Origin: Campylobacterota bacterium
GTDB taxonomy: Bacteria > Campylobacterota > Campylobacteria > Campylobacterales > Sulfurovaceae
DNA length: 55,216 bases
Direction of reading: 5' to 3'
Assembly: GCA_013153055.1 (NCBI GenBank)
Contig: JAADFE010000067.1
Coordinates: 1 to 55,216 of the forward strand
The notes beneath the pieces are model-generated. The model saw only the letters and a program-made list of their open reading frames with translations. It had not been told where the DNA came from and made no database searches. The translations under genes were made by a program, and so were the position numbers. The first letter of the stretch is position 1. Each line of letters starts with the position of its first letter. This document shows positions 30,724 through 42,116 of this stretch, piece after piece.

Positions 30724-30738
30724 AATAATTATAAATTA

Positions 30739-31626
30739 TTAACTACTCAGTAGGTCATTTACACTCAAAGATGGCTCTTTCCCTTCTAACATATTGTAAA
30801 CTTCTCTAGCAATAGGTAGGTATATATTCTCTTTTTGAGCTATATTAAATAGTGCTTTGGTTGTAGGAATTCCTTCAGCTACTTCTCCTAGCTCATTCAA
30901 AATCTCCTCTATTGATTTTCTTTTTGCTAAGCCAAGACCCACTCTATAGTTTCTTGATAGTTTAGAACTAGCAGTCAAAAACAAATCACCAGCACCACCT
31001 AGAGATAAGAATGTATCGACCTTTGCACCAAAATACTCACCAAATCTAGTCATCTCAACTAAACCACGAGATATAAGAGCTGCTCTAGCATTATTACCAA
31101 GCTCTAACCCATCACAAACACCACTAGCTATTGCTATTACATTTTTATAAGCCCCTGCAACCTCTGCACCAATGACATCACTATCTATATAACCTTTGAT
31201 ATAACTAGGTAGTGCTTCTGAGTATAAGTTTGCCAAGTCTAAATTAGATGAGCTAATTTTTAGTGCTGTTGGTAGTGACTTTAGAACTTCTGTTGCAAAA
31301 GATGGTCCAGATACAAATGCTAACCTATTATCAGAGACAAATTCTCCATAAACTTCATTTAGAAATGCACCTGTAGAGGTCTCTATTCCTTTTGAAGCTA
31401 CCAAGATATTTTGCCCCTTGTCTATAAAGTTATCACTCATCCAGCTACGAATAACTTGAGCAGGTATTGCAATTATTAGGTATTGATACTTCAAAGCCTC
31501 TTTTAGAGGTACAAAGTTTTCTATATCTTTAACACTACGAGAGCTAATTACTACCTCATTTTTTTGGCTATAGGCATGATAGAGTGCTTGACCCCATTTT
31601 CCTGCCCCAATGATTGCTAATTTCAC
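30739..31626 (-). CDS. gpsA: NAD(P)H-dependent glycerol-3-phosphate dehydrogenase
   Basis: GAGKWG, SKGIE, SGPSFA, KNVIAIA, GDLFLT..S..SRN. Confidence 0.95.
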   Translation of the reverse strand: MKLAIIGAGKWGQALYHAYSQKNEVVISSRSVKDIENFVPLKEALKYQYLIIAIPAQVIRSWMSDNFIDKGQNILVASKGIETSTGAFLNEVYGEFVSDNRLAFVSGPSFATEVLKSLPTALKISSSNLDLANLYSEALPSYIKGYIDSDVIGAEVAGAYKNVIAIASGVCDGLELGNNARAALISRGLVEMTRFGEYFGAKVDTFLSLGGAGDLFLTASSKLSRNYRVGLGLAKRKSIEEILNELGEVAEGIPTTKALFNIAQKENIYLPIAREVYNMLEGKEPSLSVNDLLSS

Positions 31627-31810
31627 TATGGTTTCCTTGTTTTGATTTTTCTGAAAAAGGAGATTTTACCATTAAAATAGTTTGCTTCTATTTAGTTAAA
31701 GATTATTTATTTTTATTTTGTTCTTCTAATAATATGTATAGTGTTTTTTAATATTTATCTGTTTAGTAATTGATTTTTAGTTATAATTAAAAAAAATTGA
31801 GGAAAATTTT

Positions 31811-32305
31811 ATGTTAAATGATGTAGATATAAATCAACAGTATGATGAAGCTGTTAAGGATGCTTTAATAAATAATACAAATATTAAAAATAGTAATAAA
31901 AAAGGCTTATTAATATTTGGTTTGTCATTTGTAGGGCTTGTTTCATTCTTTGGATATAATTATTATTTAAAAGGTGGTTTAGATAAAACACAAGTAATGG
32001 GAGTTGCTCATTCCTCGGGAATTAAACAGTCAGATATTCTTTCTGATAGTAATAAATCTAGTAGTAAATTAATAAAATATATAAATAATAAATTAGAAAA
32101 TAAATCTTCTGAAAATAAAGAGAAAAGAGCAAAAAAAGATATAGTTATTGTAGTTAAGCAGGGTGATACATTAACAACTATAGCAAAAAAATATTATAAT
32201 GATAGTACAGCTTATGAAAAAATCATTGAAACTAATAAGGAACTTAGTAAAAAATCTTATGTTATTTATCCTGGGCAAAAGCTTATAATTCCTGATGTCG
32301 AGTAA
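31811..32305 (+). CDS. Membrane-anchored LysM domain protein
   Basis: One TM; VVKQGDTL..IAKKYY...IYPGQKLIIP. Confidence 0.85.
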   Translation: MLNDVDINQQYDEAVKDALINNTNIKNSNKKGLLIFGLSFVGLVSFFGYNYYLKGGLDKTQVMGVAHSSGIKQSDILSDSNKSSSKLIKYINNKLENKSSENKEKRAKKDIVIVVKQGDTLTTIAKKYYNDSTAYEKIIETNKELSKKSYVIYPGQKLIIPDVE

Positions 32306-32379
32306 TAATATTTAACTATATAAATTCATTTTTAATATTTTTTGTGTATAATTATTATATAAGAAATATTTAATGGAGT

Positions 32380-32970
32380 ATGATAATGTATCACCTTGTA
32401 ACAAATAAAGCTGAATTAATAATACCTGAAAATAAGGAAATGTTTTTAGCCAAGGATGAGATAGCTGTAAGCAGAACTGATATTGATGGAACTATTTTGT
32501 ATTATAATAGTGCATTTAGTAAAATTTCTGGTTATAAAAAAAATGAATTATTATATACTCCTCATAGTATATTAAGGCATCCTGATATGCCAAAAGCTAT
32601 TTTTTATGTCATCTGGCAAACACTTTTGTCTGGTAGGTCAACTCATGCTATTATAAAAAACTTTACAAAGGATGGGAACTATTATTGGTTATTGGTTGAA
32701 TTTATAGTACAAAAAGACAATCAAAATAATATTATATCTTTTTTAGCAAATGGAAAACAAGCTCCTAGACATACTATTGATATTATTGAACCAATGTACA
32801 AAAAACTATTAAAATATGAGAGAGAAAATGGTATGGAGAGTTCTATTATCTATTTAACATCTTTTTTAAATAGTAATAATTATGCAACTTACAATGACTA
32901 TATATGTAAAATATCAAAAAGAAAAAAATATAGCTTTTTTGCTAATATTAAAAACTTAGCTGATTTGTAA
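32380..32970 (+). CDS. Stand-alone PAS (Aer/CetB-like) sensor protein
   Basis: SRTD..G.I.Y.N, PHSILRHPDMPK, KNFTKDGNYYW. Confidence 0.85.
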   Translation: MIMYHLVTNKAELIIPENKEMFLAKDEIAVSRTDIDGTILYYNSAFSKISGYKKNELLYTPHSILRHPDMPKAIFYVIWQTLLSGRSTHAIIKNFTKDGNYYWLLVEFIVQKDNQNNIISFLANGKQAPRHTIDIIEPMYKKLLKYERENGMESSIIYLTSFLNSNNYATYNDYICKISKRKKYSFFANIKNLADL

Positions 32971-33078
32971 AAAAAATATTAATTTTGTTATCATATTAAT
33001 ATATGTTAAGGCAAAAAGATATATAATAAAAATATTTCTGACAGTTATATCAAGTTCAGAAGAGTCAAGGGGTATTGT

Positions 33079-33741
33079 ATGAAGGAAGTTTTAATAGTTA
33101 TTTTATCAGCTATTGTTGGGTACATTGTCTTGTCAGCATTTTCAGTTAGTAGCAGTCCTGAGGAGGCTATGCGTAGAATTATTGAGCAACCTCATAATGA
33201 TATTAAACAGCAAAAAGAGCTAGATTTGGTTAAGTTGGAAAAAGAGCAAGAGGGGAAACTTGCTGAATTACAAACTCAAAAAGATATCGAGGCACTTCGT
33301 GTTAAGCAAAATATTGAGATAACAAGAGATAAATATGATACAGATGTAGAGTTGAAAAAAATTGATTTTCAAAAAGATAGTACTATTGCTGAGATAAAAT
33401 ATGGTTCTGTTACAAAACAGAAAGCAGAAGATAATAAAATGTTAATAGCTATATCTATATTAGTATTTATACTTATCTATATATATTTAAAATATCAGAA
33501 AAATTTAGCTCAAATAGAGTTAGAAAAAGAGAAAGAGTATAAAAATCTATTAGCAAAGAAAGAGTATGCTGAGAGAATTCTTTCTATTGTTGCTACTGGT
33601 AACATTTCTATAGAAACAGAACATAAATTATTGAAAATATTGGATGAATTAAATAATCCACAAGTGACTACTACTAACAATGGTATTATACATCATCCAA
33701 ATCCTGATATAGAGCAACTTCCTCTTCAAAAAAACTTATGA
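33079..33741 (+). CDS. Hypothetical coiled-coil membrane protein
   Basis: Two hydrophobic segments flanking a coiled coil. Confidence 0.6.
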   Translation: MKEVLIVILSAIVGYIVLSAFSVSSSPEEAMRRIIEQPHNDIKQQKELDLVKLEKEQEGKLAELQTQKDIEALRVKQNIEITRDKYDTDVELKKIDFQKDSTIAEIKYGSVTKQKAEDNKMLIAISILVFILIYIYLKYQKNLAQIELEKEKEYKNLLAKKEYAERILSIVATGNISIETEHKLLKILDELNNPQVTTTNNGIIHHPNPDIEQLPLQKNL

Positions 33742-33994
33742 TTTCTTTTTAAGTTTAAAAGATGTAACATAATTATTTTTTTGTTATATCTTCTTATCTA
33801 TTTTCTAAATAAAAATCTTGTCTCATATGGTAACATCAAAAATTATTGATGTACTAATTGTGAACTATTCAAATTCTCGTTATCCAAAGTAAGATATTCT
33901 GTTATCAGTGATGAGAACCTCACTTAAGGCTATTCTAAGGGAGTAATTCCTTAAATAGAAGCCTAAATTAACTTTTAAATTAAAGGGGAAACCT

Positions 33995-34327
33995 ATGGCA
34001 GTAATGACAGCTCCTGAGAATACTCCAGTATGGGTAGACACATCAAGATGTAAAGCCTGTGACATATGTGTTGACGCATGTCCAGCTGGTGTACTTTCAA
34101 TGCAACCAGAACCAACTTCAGTTTTAGGTGCTATGATTAGTGTAATTGCACCTGAGTCATGTATTGGATGTAATGAGTGTGAACTCTCATGTCCAGATTT
34201 TGCTATTTTCGTAGCAGACAAAAAAGAGTTTAAATTTGCAAAACTTACAAAAGATGCAAAAGCGAGACAAGAAGCGATAGTAAAAAATGGGTATAAATTA
34301 CCTGCAGATTATAAGGAGGCTAACTAA
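33995..34327 (+). CDS. oorD: 2-oxoglutarate:ferredoxin oxidoreductase delta (ferredoxin) subunit
   Basis: Two CxxCxxCxxxCP motifs; CPDFAI. Confidence 0.93.
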   Translation: MAVMTAPENTPVWVDTSRCKACDICVDACPAGVLSMQPEPTSVLGAMISVIAPESCIGCNECELSCPDFAIFVADKKEFKFAKLTKDAKARQEAIVKNGYKLPADYKEAN

Positions 34328-35463
34328 TGTCAGCAACAAGAGAAGTAGTTTCAACTGGTAATGACTTAGCAGCTATGGCGGCTGTTGATGCTGGATGTAG
34401 ATTTTTTGGTGGTTATCCACTTACGCCATCTAGTGAAGTAATGCATACAATTTCAGATTTACTTCCTAAAGTAGGGGGTACAGCTATTCAGATGGAAGAT
34501 GAGATAGCTGGAGTTGCAGCAGCTATTGGTGCAGGAATGGCTGGAGTTAGAACTCTAACAGCAACAAGTGGACCAGGTATGTCACTAAAAGCTGAAAATC
34601 TAGGTTTAGCTCAAATGGCAGAAGTTCCATTAGTAGTAGTAAATGTTATGAGAGGTGGTCCTAGTACTGGTCTTCCAACTCGTGTAGCACAAGGTGATGT
34701 GTCACAAGCTAAAAACCCATCTCATGGAGATTATAAATCTATTACATTATGTGCTGGTAATTTAGCAGAGTGTTATACAGAGACAGTTAGAGCATTTAAT
34801 TTAGCTGATAGATTTATGCAACCAGTGATTGTTCTTTTGGATGAGACTATTGGACATATGCACGGAAAAGCTATGATTCCTACAATAGAAGAGGTAAAAG
34901 AAGGAATAGTTCCAAGAAAAGTATTTGAAGGTAATCCAGAAGATTATAAACCTTATGATGCTCCACAAGACCAACCAGCAGTTTTAAATCCTATGTTTAC
35001 AGGATATAGATATCATTATACAGGACTTCATCATGATGCAGATGGTTTTCCAACTGAAGAGATTGAGACTTGTAGAAAGTTGATTGATAGACTTTTTAGA
35101 AAAGTTGATGATCATAAAGATGAGATTGAAAGTAATGAAGAGTATATGTTAGATGATGCTGAAGTTTTACTTATTGGTTATGGTTCAGCATCACTTGCTA
35201 TAAAAGAGGCTGTAAATCTTCTAAGAGAAGATGGGATAAAAGCTGGATTATTTAGACCTATTACTCTATGGCCATCTCCAGAAGAGAGAATATTTGAGCT
35301 TGGTCAAAAATTTGACAAAGTTTTAGTTGTTGAACTTAACCAAGGTCAATATCTCGAAGAGGTACAAAGATGTATGGGAAGAAGAGATATTAATAAATTG
35401 ACAAAAACAAATGGTCGTCCATTTTCACCTGCTGATATTATTGAAAAAGTAAAGGAGCTATAA
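34327..35463 (+). CDS. oorA: 2-oxoglutarate:ferredoxin oxidoreductase alpha subunit
   Basis: GYPLTPSSE, QMEDE, RGGPSTGLPT. Confidence 0.94.
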   Translation: MSATREVVSTGNDLAAMAAVDAGCRFFGGYPLTPSSEVMHTISDLLPKVGGTAIQMEDEIAGVAAAIGAGMAGVRTLTATSGPGMSLKAENLGLAQMAEVPLVVVNVMRGGPSTGLPTRVAQGDVSQAKNPSHGDYKSITLCAGNLAECYTETVRAFNLADRFMQPVIVLLDETIGHMHGKAMIPTIEEVKEGIVPRKVFEGNPEDYKPYDAPQDQPAVLNPMFTGYRYHYTGLHHDADGFPTEEIETCRKLIDRLFRKVDDHKDEIESNEEYMLDDAEVLLIGYGSASLAIKEAVNLLREDGIKAGLFRPITLWPSPEERIFELGQKFDKVLVVELNQGQYLEEVQRCMGRRDINKLTKTNGRPFSPADIIEKVKEL

Positions 35464-35464
35464 T

Positions 35465-36322
35465 ATGGCATTTAATTATGATAAATATTTAAGAACAAAT
35501 AAAATGCCGACACTATGGTGTTGGGGATGTGGTGATGGTGTTATTTTGAAAGCCTTTATCCGTGCAATTGATAAGCTCGGTTGGGATAAAGATGATATCT
35601 GTGTAGTATCAGGAATTGGATGTAGTGGTAGATTTAGTTCATATGTTGATTTCAATACAGTTCATACAACTCATGGTAGAACAATTGCTTTTGCAACAGG
35701 TATAAAATTGGCAAATCCAGATAAGCATGTAATTTGTGTAGCTGGTGATGGTGATGGTTTAGCAATTGGTGGTAATCATACAATTCATGGTTGTAGAAGA
35801 AATATAGATATGACTCTAATTCTTATTAACAACTTTATATATGGATTAACAAATTCTCAAACTTCTCCAACAACACCACAAGGTTTCTGGACAGTTTCTC
35901 AAAAAGTAGGTAATATTGACCCAACTTTTGATGGTTGTAAATTGGCTGAAGCTGCTGGTGCATCATTTGTAGCTAGAGAGTTAGTAGCTGCACCTAAAAA
36001 ACTTGAAAAAGTTTTAGTTCAAGCTATGGAACATAAAGGTTTTTCTTATGTAGAGGTTTTATCAAACTGTCATATTAACCTTGGTAGAAAAAATAAAATG
36101 CAATCAGCTATGGCTAATTTAGATTGGATAGATTCTATTAGTATGTCTAAAAAGAAATGGGATAATTTACCAGAAGAAGAGAAGAAAAATTATCTTCCAA
36201 CAGGTATATTAAAACAAGATACAGAGGCACCTGAATATTGTGATATGTACAAAGAGGTACAAAAAGCACAGCAAGGTGAAAGAGGCAAATTAACTCAAGA
36301 TGATTTTGCCAAAAAGATATAA
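35465..36322 (+). CDS. oorB: 2-oxoglutarate:ferredoxin oxidoreductase beta subunit
   Basis: WCWGCGDG, SGIGCS, GDGD...NN TPP-binding motif. Confidence 0.94.
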   Translation: MAFNYDKYLRTNKMPTLWCWGCGDGVILKAFIRAIDKLGWDKDDICVVSGIGCSGRFSSYVDFNTVHTTHGRTIAFATGIKLANPDKHVICVAGDGDGLAIGGNHTIHGCRRNIDMTLILINNFIYGLTNSQTSPTTPQGFWTVSQKVGNIDPTFDGCKLAEAAGASFVARELVAAPKKLEKVLVQAMEHKGFSYVEVLSNCHINLGRKNKMQSAMANLDWIDSISMSKKKWDNLPEEEKKNYLPTGILKQDTEAPEYCDMYKEVQKAQQGERGKLTQDDFAKKI

Positions 36323-36333
36323 GGAGAGGTGAA

Positions 36334-36894
36334 ATGAGTAGAATTGTAATGAGATTTACAGGCGTTGGAGGACAAGGTGTCCTCCTAGCTGGAGAAATTT
36401 TCGCAGCTGCAAAGATAAAAGAAGGTGGATATGGAATTAAAACAGCTACCTACACTTCTCAAGTTCGTGGTGGTCCTACTGTTGTTGATATTCAACTAGA
36501 CGATAAAGAGATATGGTATCCATATGCAATTGATGGACAGATTGACTTTATGCTTTCTGTTGCAGATAAGAGTTATCAGCTTTTTAAAAATGGTGTAGCA
36601 GAAGGTGGTACAATTGTAGTTGAGCCAAACCTTGTTCACCCAACAGAAGAGGATAGAAAAAAATGGAATATTATTGAGATTCCTATTATTACTATTGCAA
36701 AAGAGGAAGTTGGATTGGTTTTAACTCAATCTGTTGTTGCTCTTGCTATTGCAAATACAATTATGAATGCTCTTGATGAGCAACTTCTTATTGATACTAT
36801 GTTATCAAAAGTACCTAAAAAAGTTCATGAAGCAAACTTAAAAGCTTATGAACTTGGTAAAAAATATGCACTTGAGGCTATGGCTTCTGCATAA
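36334..36894 (+). CDS. oorC: 2-oxoglutarate:ferredoxin oxidoreductase gamma subunit
   Basis: GVGGQG, TYTSQVRGG. Confidence 0.94.
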   Translation: MSRIVMRFTGVGGQGVLLAGEIFAAAKIKEGGYGIKTATYTSQVRGGPTVVDIQLDDKEIWYPYAIDGQIDFMLSVADKSYQLFKNGVAEGGTIVVEPNLVHPTEEDRKKWNIIEIPIITIAKEEVGLVLTQSVVALAIANTIMNALDEQLLIDTMLSKVPKKVHEANLKAYELGKKYALEAMASA

Positions 36895-36898
36895 AATT

Positions 36899-36921
36899 AA
36901 AGGGTGATTATATCACCCTTT
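36899..36921. terminator. Bidirectional terminator hairpin after oorC
   Basis: AAAGGGTGAT-TAT-ATCACCCTTT. Confidence 0.65.
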
Positions 36922-37095
36922 GCATTTAGAACTATTATTATCTCCAACTAAATCTTCTAGTTTAGTTTTATTACAACCTTTTATAGGTTTATTTGATGGT
37001 TCAATCTTAGGCTTTCCATTTGAATCCCATTTGACTTTACCTCCATTTGCAGCTACAACTAATGCTAAAAATAGTAGTACTTGTAAAAATCTCAT
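36913..37095 (-). CDS. Putative 60-aa secreted peptide with two Cys
   Basis: AAGGAG RBS before ATG 37095; signal peptide MRFLQVLLFLALVVAANG. Confidence 0.6.
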   Translation of the reverse strand: MRFLQVLLFLALVVAANGGKVKWDSNGKPKIEPSNKPIKGCNKTKLEDLVGDNNSSKCKG

Positions 37096-37475
37096 TTTTA
37101 ACTCCTTGTTTAATAAAATGAATGCAAAGCACTCTATAATTTCCACTATAAAAATGAAAACTAAAAACACTCTTTAAGTATATTTTTAGTATAGCAGATT
37201 TTCATGAAATCTATTTTGTATTTTTAATTAATTTTTAATTTTTAAGAAAAATTTATCATTTTGTATCAAAATTCAGCTTTTATTTATTTTTTTTGAATAT
37301 GTAATGTTAATGAAAGTTTTTTTAGGAAAAAAAATATAAATATAAATTATATTTTGTTACATAGAGTAACTATGACTGGAATATGATAGATAATTTAGTA
37401 AAAAAATAAATAGTATATGTTTTTTAATGTTTAAATGATATACTCACTAGTTAATTTTAATTAGGAGCAATAAAT

Positions 37476-38666
37476 ATGAGTAAAATTAAATTTTCTATTA
37501 CAGTACTAAGCTTATTATTTGTAACAAATAATTTAAATGCTATTGAGATGACAGATTATAAAGTTGTTGAGGGTTATTATCAGGACGCATATGTAAATGG
37601 ACAGGTTAATATTCAAAGTGGAAATCAAGAACAGACAAGTTATGATGTACATGTTGATGCTAATACTAGAACAGTAAAGTCGACTTTGCCATACTCTTGG
37701 GATTTTGAAGCTTTGGCTAACAGTGATTTTTCTCAAGGTGATAAAGATGAGGATGATTCTGTAGATAGTTATGATATGACAGCTGTTACTCACTTTGATA
37801 ACTATATAGACGGAAATGAAAAAACATTTGTATATGGTTCAGGGAGACTTGGTTATCAGAAAGCAACAACTTCAGATGACCCAGATGACCCTTATATTGA
37901 AGTAGGTGCGGGTCTTGGTTATGGTAGAGTATATAATGCAACACCTTTGGCAAAAGCACTTAGAATTATGGAAGATTTACTTAAATATAAAATTGTAAAT
38001 AAAGATTTGTCAGACAAAGGGTATATAGCTTTAGCTGCTATTGTTGATGAGAACAAAGAACAAGAGTTTGAGAGTAAATATGGACCAGTAGAGTATAAAA
38101 AATATTGGTATGAAGCCATTGAAAAAGTATTAAAAGAGAATGGTATATTAGACAGAGAGTCTCTTGGTGCTTTTGGAATTGTGAGAATTGATGAGATTTT
38201 AACAAATGAAAAAGTTAGTCAAAGACTTCACGGGTGGAAAGTTAGAGGTGGATTTGGTAAGGTATTGAGTAACTATGATGGTGATAGTGAAGATGCAACT
38301 ATAAATGGAGAGTTTGAGTATGGTCTTCCTATAGGACACGAGTCTCAATTTAGTGAAAATTTATATGTATCAAAACTTTTAGATAATGATACCGATACTG
38401 AATTGTCATTAACAAATACAATGAGTTATACATATGAGGTTTCTGATAGAATTGATTGGGATAATAATTGGATATTAAAATATCAACAGAATGATAAAGA
38501 GGAAGACATTACAAGTAATAGTTTTTCAACAGGTTTTATATATTATTTAGCAAATAGATTAAATTTTACAACAACTCTTTCATTATCTAAAAGAGATGGT
38601 GGACCAGATGAAGAAAATGCGTGGAATAAAAGCTTAGTAGCAGGTATTCAATATCGTTTAAAATAG
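37476..38666 (+). CDS. Acidic outer membrane beta-barrel protein of unknown function
   Basis: AGGAG RBS, signal peptide, amphipathic strands, C-terminal GIQYRLK. Confidence 0.7.
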   Translation: MSKIKFSITVLSLLFVTNNLNAIEMTDYKVVEGYYQDAYVNGQVNIQSGNQEQTSYDVHVDANTRTVKSTLPYSWDFEALANSDFSQGDKDEDDSVDSYDMTAVTHFDNYIDGNEKTFVYGSGRLGYQKATTSDDPDDPYIEVGAGLGYGRVYNATPLAKALRIMEDLLKYKIVNKDLSDKGYIALAAIVDENKEQEFESKYGPVEYKKYWYEAIEKVLKENGILDRESLGAFGIVRIDEILTNEKVSQRLHGWKVRGGFGKVLSNYDGDSEDATINGEFEYGLPIGHESQFSENLYVSKLLDNDTDTELSLTNTMSYTYEVSDRIDWDNNWILKYQQNDKEEDITSNSFSTGFIYYLANRLNFTTTLSLSKRDGGPDEENAWNKSLVAGIQYRLK

Positions 38667-38670
38667 ATAT

Positions 38671-38702
38671 AAAAAAGAATGGGATTTTTATGCCATTCTT
38701 TT
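38671..38702. terminator. Putative bidirectional terminator
   Basis: AAAGAATGG...CCATTCTTT between convergent genes. Confidence 0.55.
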
Positions 38703-38712
38703 ATATATATCA

Positions 38713-39837
38713 TTATCTAATTAAATCAGGTGATTTTCTACACCATTTTAAGAAGAGTCTATCAGGATTGACTCTACTATCTATTTCAACTCCATTAATA
38801 ATATAATCAGCCAATATTTTTCCCATCAAAGGAGCAAAAACAAAGCCTCTGCCACCTAGACCATTACATATATATATATTGTTTATCTTTTTAATTGGAG
38901 GTTTTGCACCTTTTAGGATTTTTGGATAGTTTGATAACATATACTCTACATCTATGACATCTCCAACTAGAGGGAAGTAGTCTTTTGAGCCTGAACGCAT
39001 ACCACAAAATGTCTCTTGTAGAATAAAATCTTCTGTATTTACCATTGTAGAGGCTAACTCTTCGAGGCTCTTTAGTGGTTTACCATCACATGCCATACAT
39101 GGGTCTTTTGCTTTAACATGTGTTGCACCTAATTTTATAATTCCATCTATATTTGCTGATATAGAGATTTTTTTGTGCATACTGATTTTGAGATTTAAAC
39201 TGCTCTTGTAGTCTCCTCTGCTACCCCATGTCCCTTTTACTCCCATATATCTCATATCAAATAGAGTATTTTCATACCCTGTAGCCAAGACTATTTTATG
39301 GGCTTTGATATGCTCTATATACCAGTAGCCGTCTTTATAGATAAGTTTTTCTACTGGGTGTTGTTTGAAATCTATATTGGTCAAAATATTACTACACATT
39401 TTTGGAGCATCACAAACTCCAGCTTCATAAAACAGAAAACCTATATTTTCTTCTTTGATACCGTATGATTGGAATTTATCTTTATCTATCCACTCTCTTT
39501 TTGAACTATTGTATTTTTCGTACTCTATAAATTTTTGAGCATCTTGGTTATCTTTTGGTATACGGATAATCCCTGTTTGTGTGAAATATTTTGGAAAGTT
39601 ATTCAGATAAAAATCTTTTGCAAACTCAAAAGCTTCATTGGTTAGTTTTTGAAGTTCTGAACCTTTGCCTATTTTTGGTGATACAAATGCACCAGCAGCT
39701 GATGAACCACCAGAGGCTGCCACCCCAGAACGGTCTACAACCAATACCGATAGACCTTTTTGTTGTAGAAAAAATGCACTACAAACTCCTGCAATACCTG
39801 CACCTATTACTATAATATCATATTCTGTTTTTATCAT
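38713..39837 (-). CDS. FAD-dependent oxidoreductase, MnmC oxidase-domain-like (no methyltransferase domain)
   Basis: GAGIAG FAD motif, GATH, DYFPLVG, GLGGRG, PDR; divergent from tgt. Confidence 0.75.
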   Translation of the reverse strand: MIKTEYDIIVIGAGIAGVCSAFFLQQKGLSVLVVDRSGVAASGGSSAAGAFVSPKIGKGSELQKLTNEAFEFAKDFYLNNFPKYFTQTGIIRIPKDNQDAQKFIEYEKYNSSKREWIDKDKFQSYGIKEENIGFLFYEAGVCDAPKMCSNILTNIDFKQHPVEKLIYKDGYWYIEHIKAHKIVLATGYENTLFDMRYMGVKGTWGSRGDYKSSLNLKISMHKKISISANIDGIIKLGATHVKAKDPCMACDGKPLKSLEELASTMVNTEDFILQETFCGMRSGSKDYFPLVGDVIDVEYMLSNYPKILKGAKPPIKKINNIYICNGLGGRGFVFAPLMGKILADYIINGVEIDSRVNPDRLFLKWCRKSPDLIR

Positions 39838-39904
39838 CTCAAAAGCTTACTATTTTTATTTGTTGGTATAATACCTTTTTTTAAATAAGGATAGTTATAT
39901 ATAA

Positions 39905-41026
<1,122 letters not shown>

Positions 41027-41035
41027 TTTTTCTCT

Positions 41036-41191
41036 CTATTTAAAAGCTGATACATATACTAACTCTTTTGCTTTATCATTAAATACTATCTCAGGATTAT
41101 ATTCTCTTAAGAAATTTGCAAGGTCTTTTGCTGTTTTGCATCCATACTCTATTGCAATTTTTAATAAGTTGTTTTTATGTTCTATTCTCAT
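41036..41191 (-). CDS. Putative 51-aa small protein (not in ORF track)
   Basis: AAAGGA RBS; MRIEHKNNLLKIAIEYGCKTAKDLANFLREYNPEIVFNDKAKELVYVSAFK. Confidence 0.55.
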   Translation of the reverse strand: MRIEHKNNLLKIAIEYGCKTAKDLANFLREYNPEIVFNDKAKELVYVSAFK

Positions 41192-41359
41192 AATATATCC
41201 TTTGAATTATTCTGTTCTTTAAAAAATAATAAATTATTGATTTAATTATAAAGAATAAGATATAAGAAATAACTTAATTATATATAAAACTATTTTACTA
41301 GTTATTATTTTTATTTTATATTAAATATATAAGAACAGTTTTCAATATAAAGCAATATC

Positions 41360-41626
41360 TCAGCTATTTATCTGTTGAGTTATTAACCCTATTGCATGAT
41401 TTAGCTCATCTCTTGTTTTATACATAAATGAATATTTTTCATCATCTATTGATACAAAAAGTCCATATCCAACTACCTCTACTTTACCTTTTGCCTCTGT
41501 ATCTATCCATTCAAGACTCATCTCTGTTGTTTCATCTTTGTAGCCTGTCTTTATAATTACAGCAGGGTATAACTGTTTGATATCTTTGAGATTAAACTCT
41601 TTATTTTCTATTGTTAATTTTTTCAT
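41360..41626 (-). CDS. Hypothetical protein (88 aa)
   Basis: Start moved to MKKLTIEN (41626), 6 nt after a TATAAT. Confidence 0.65.
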   Translation of the reverse strand: MKKLTIENKEFNLKDIKQLYPAVIIKTGYKDETTEMSLEWIDTEAKGKVEVVGYGLFVSIDDEKYSFMYKTRDELNHAIGLITQQINS

Positions 41627-41672
41627 AATGCGATTATAGTATAATCTGATAAAAATTATGGAGATTATCAAT

Positions 41673-42116
41673 ATGGATTTAAAACAACAAATCAAATCAG
41701 ATATAAAAGACGCAATGAGAGCCAAAGATACAGCAAAAAGAGATACTCTGAGAAATATACAAGCAGCTATTAAACAGATAGAGGTTGACCAGAGAAGAGA
41801 TGTAACAGATGCTGATGTTGAAGCTATCTTAATGAAGTATGCAAAACAGAGAGAAGATGCAATGGCTCAGTTTAAAGATGCAGGTAGAGATGACTTGGTT
41901 GCAAAAGAGGAGGCTGAACTTGTCATTGTAAAGTCATATCTACCTGAACCTATGAGTGATGAGGAGTTAGAGAGTACTATCAAAGAGATTATAGACTCTG
42001 TTGGTGCTACATCTATGAAAGATATGGGCAAAATAATGGGCAAAGCAAAAGAGGTTATAGGTAGCCGTGCTGATGGTGGACGGATAAATGTTTGTGTTAA
42101 AAAGATATTGAGTTAA
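41673..42116 (+). CDS. GatB/YqeY domain protein
   Basis: KDAMRAKD, KQREDA, YLP, MKDMGKIMG, GSRADG. Confidence 0.92.
   Translation: MDLKQQIKSDIKDAMRAKDTAKRDTLRNIQAAIKQIEVDQRRDVTDADVEAILMKYAKQREDAMAQFKDAGRDDLVAKEEAELVIVKSYLPEPMSDEELESTIKEIIDSVGATSMKDMGKIMGKAKEVIGSRADGGRINVCVKKILS

Noticed and set aside
33880-34221. 113-aa minus-strand ORF
   Set aside because: Antisense shadow of oorD
36920-37177. 85-aa plus-strand ORF
   Set aside because: Starts within the terminator; the minus-strand ORF has the RBS and signal peptide
37356-37370. GTTAC-N5-GTAAC palindrome upstream of the OM protein gene
   Set aside because: Too short in an AT-rich context to assign to a regulator
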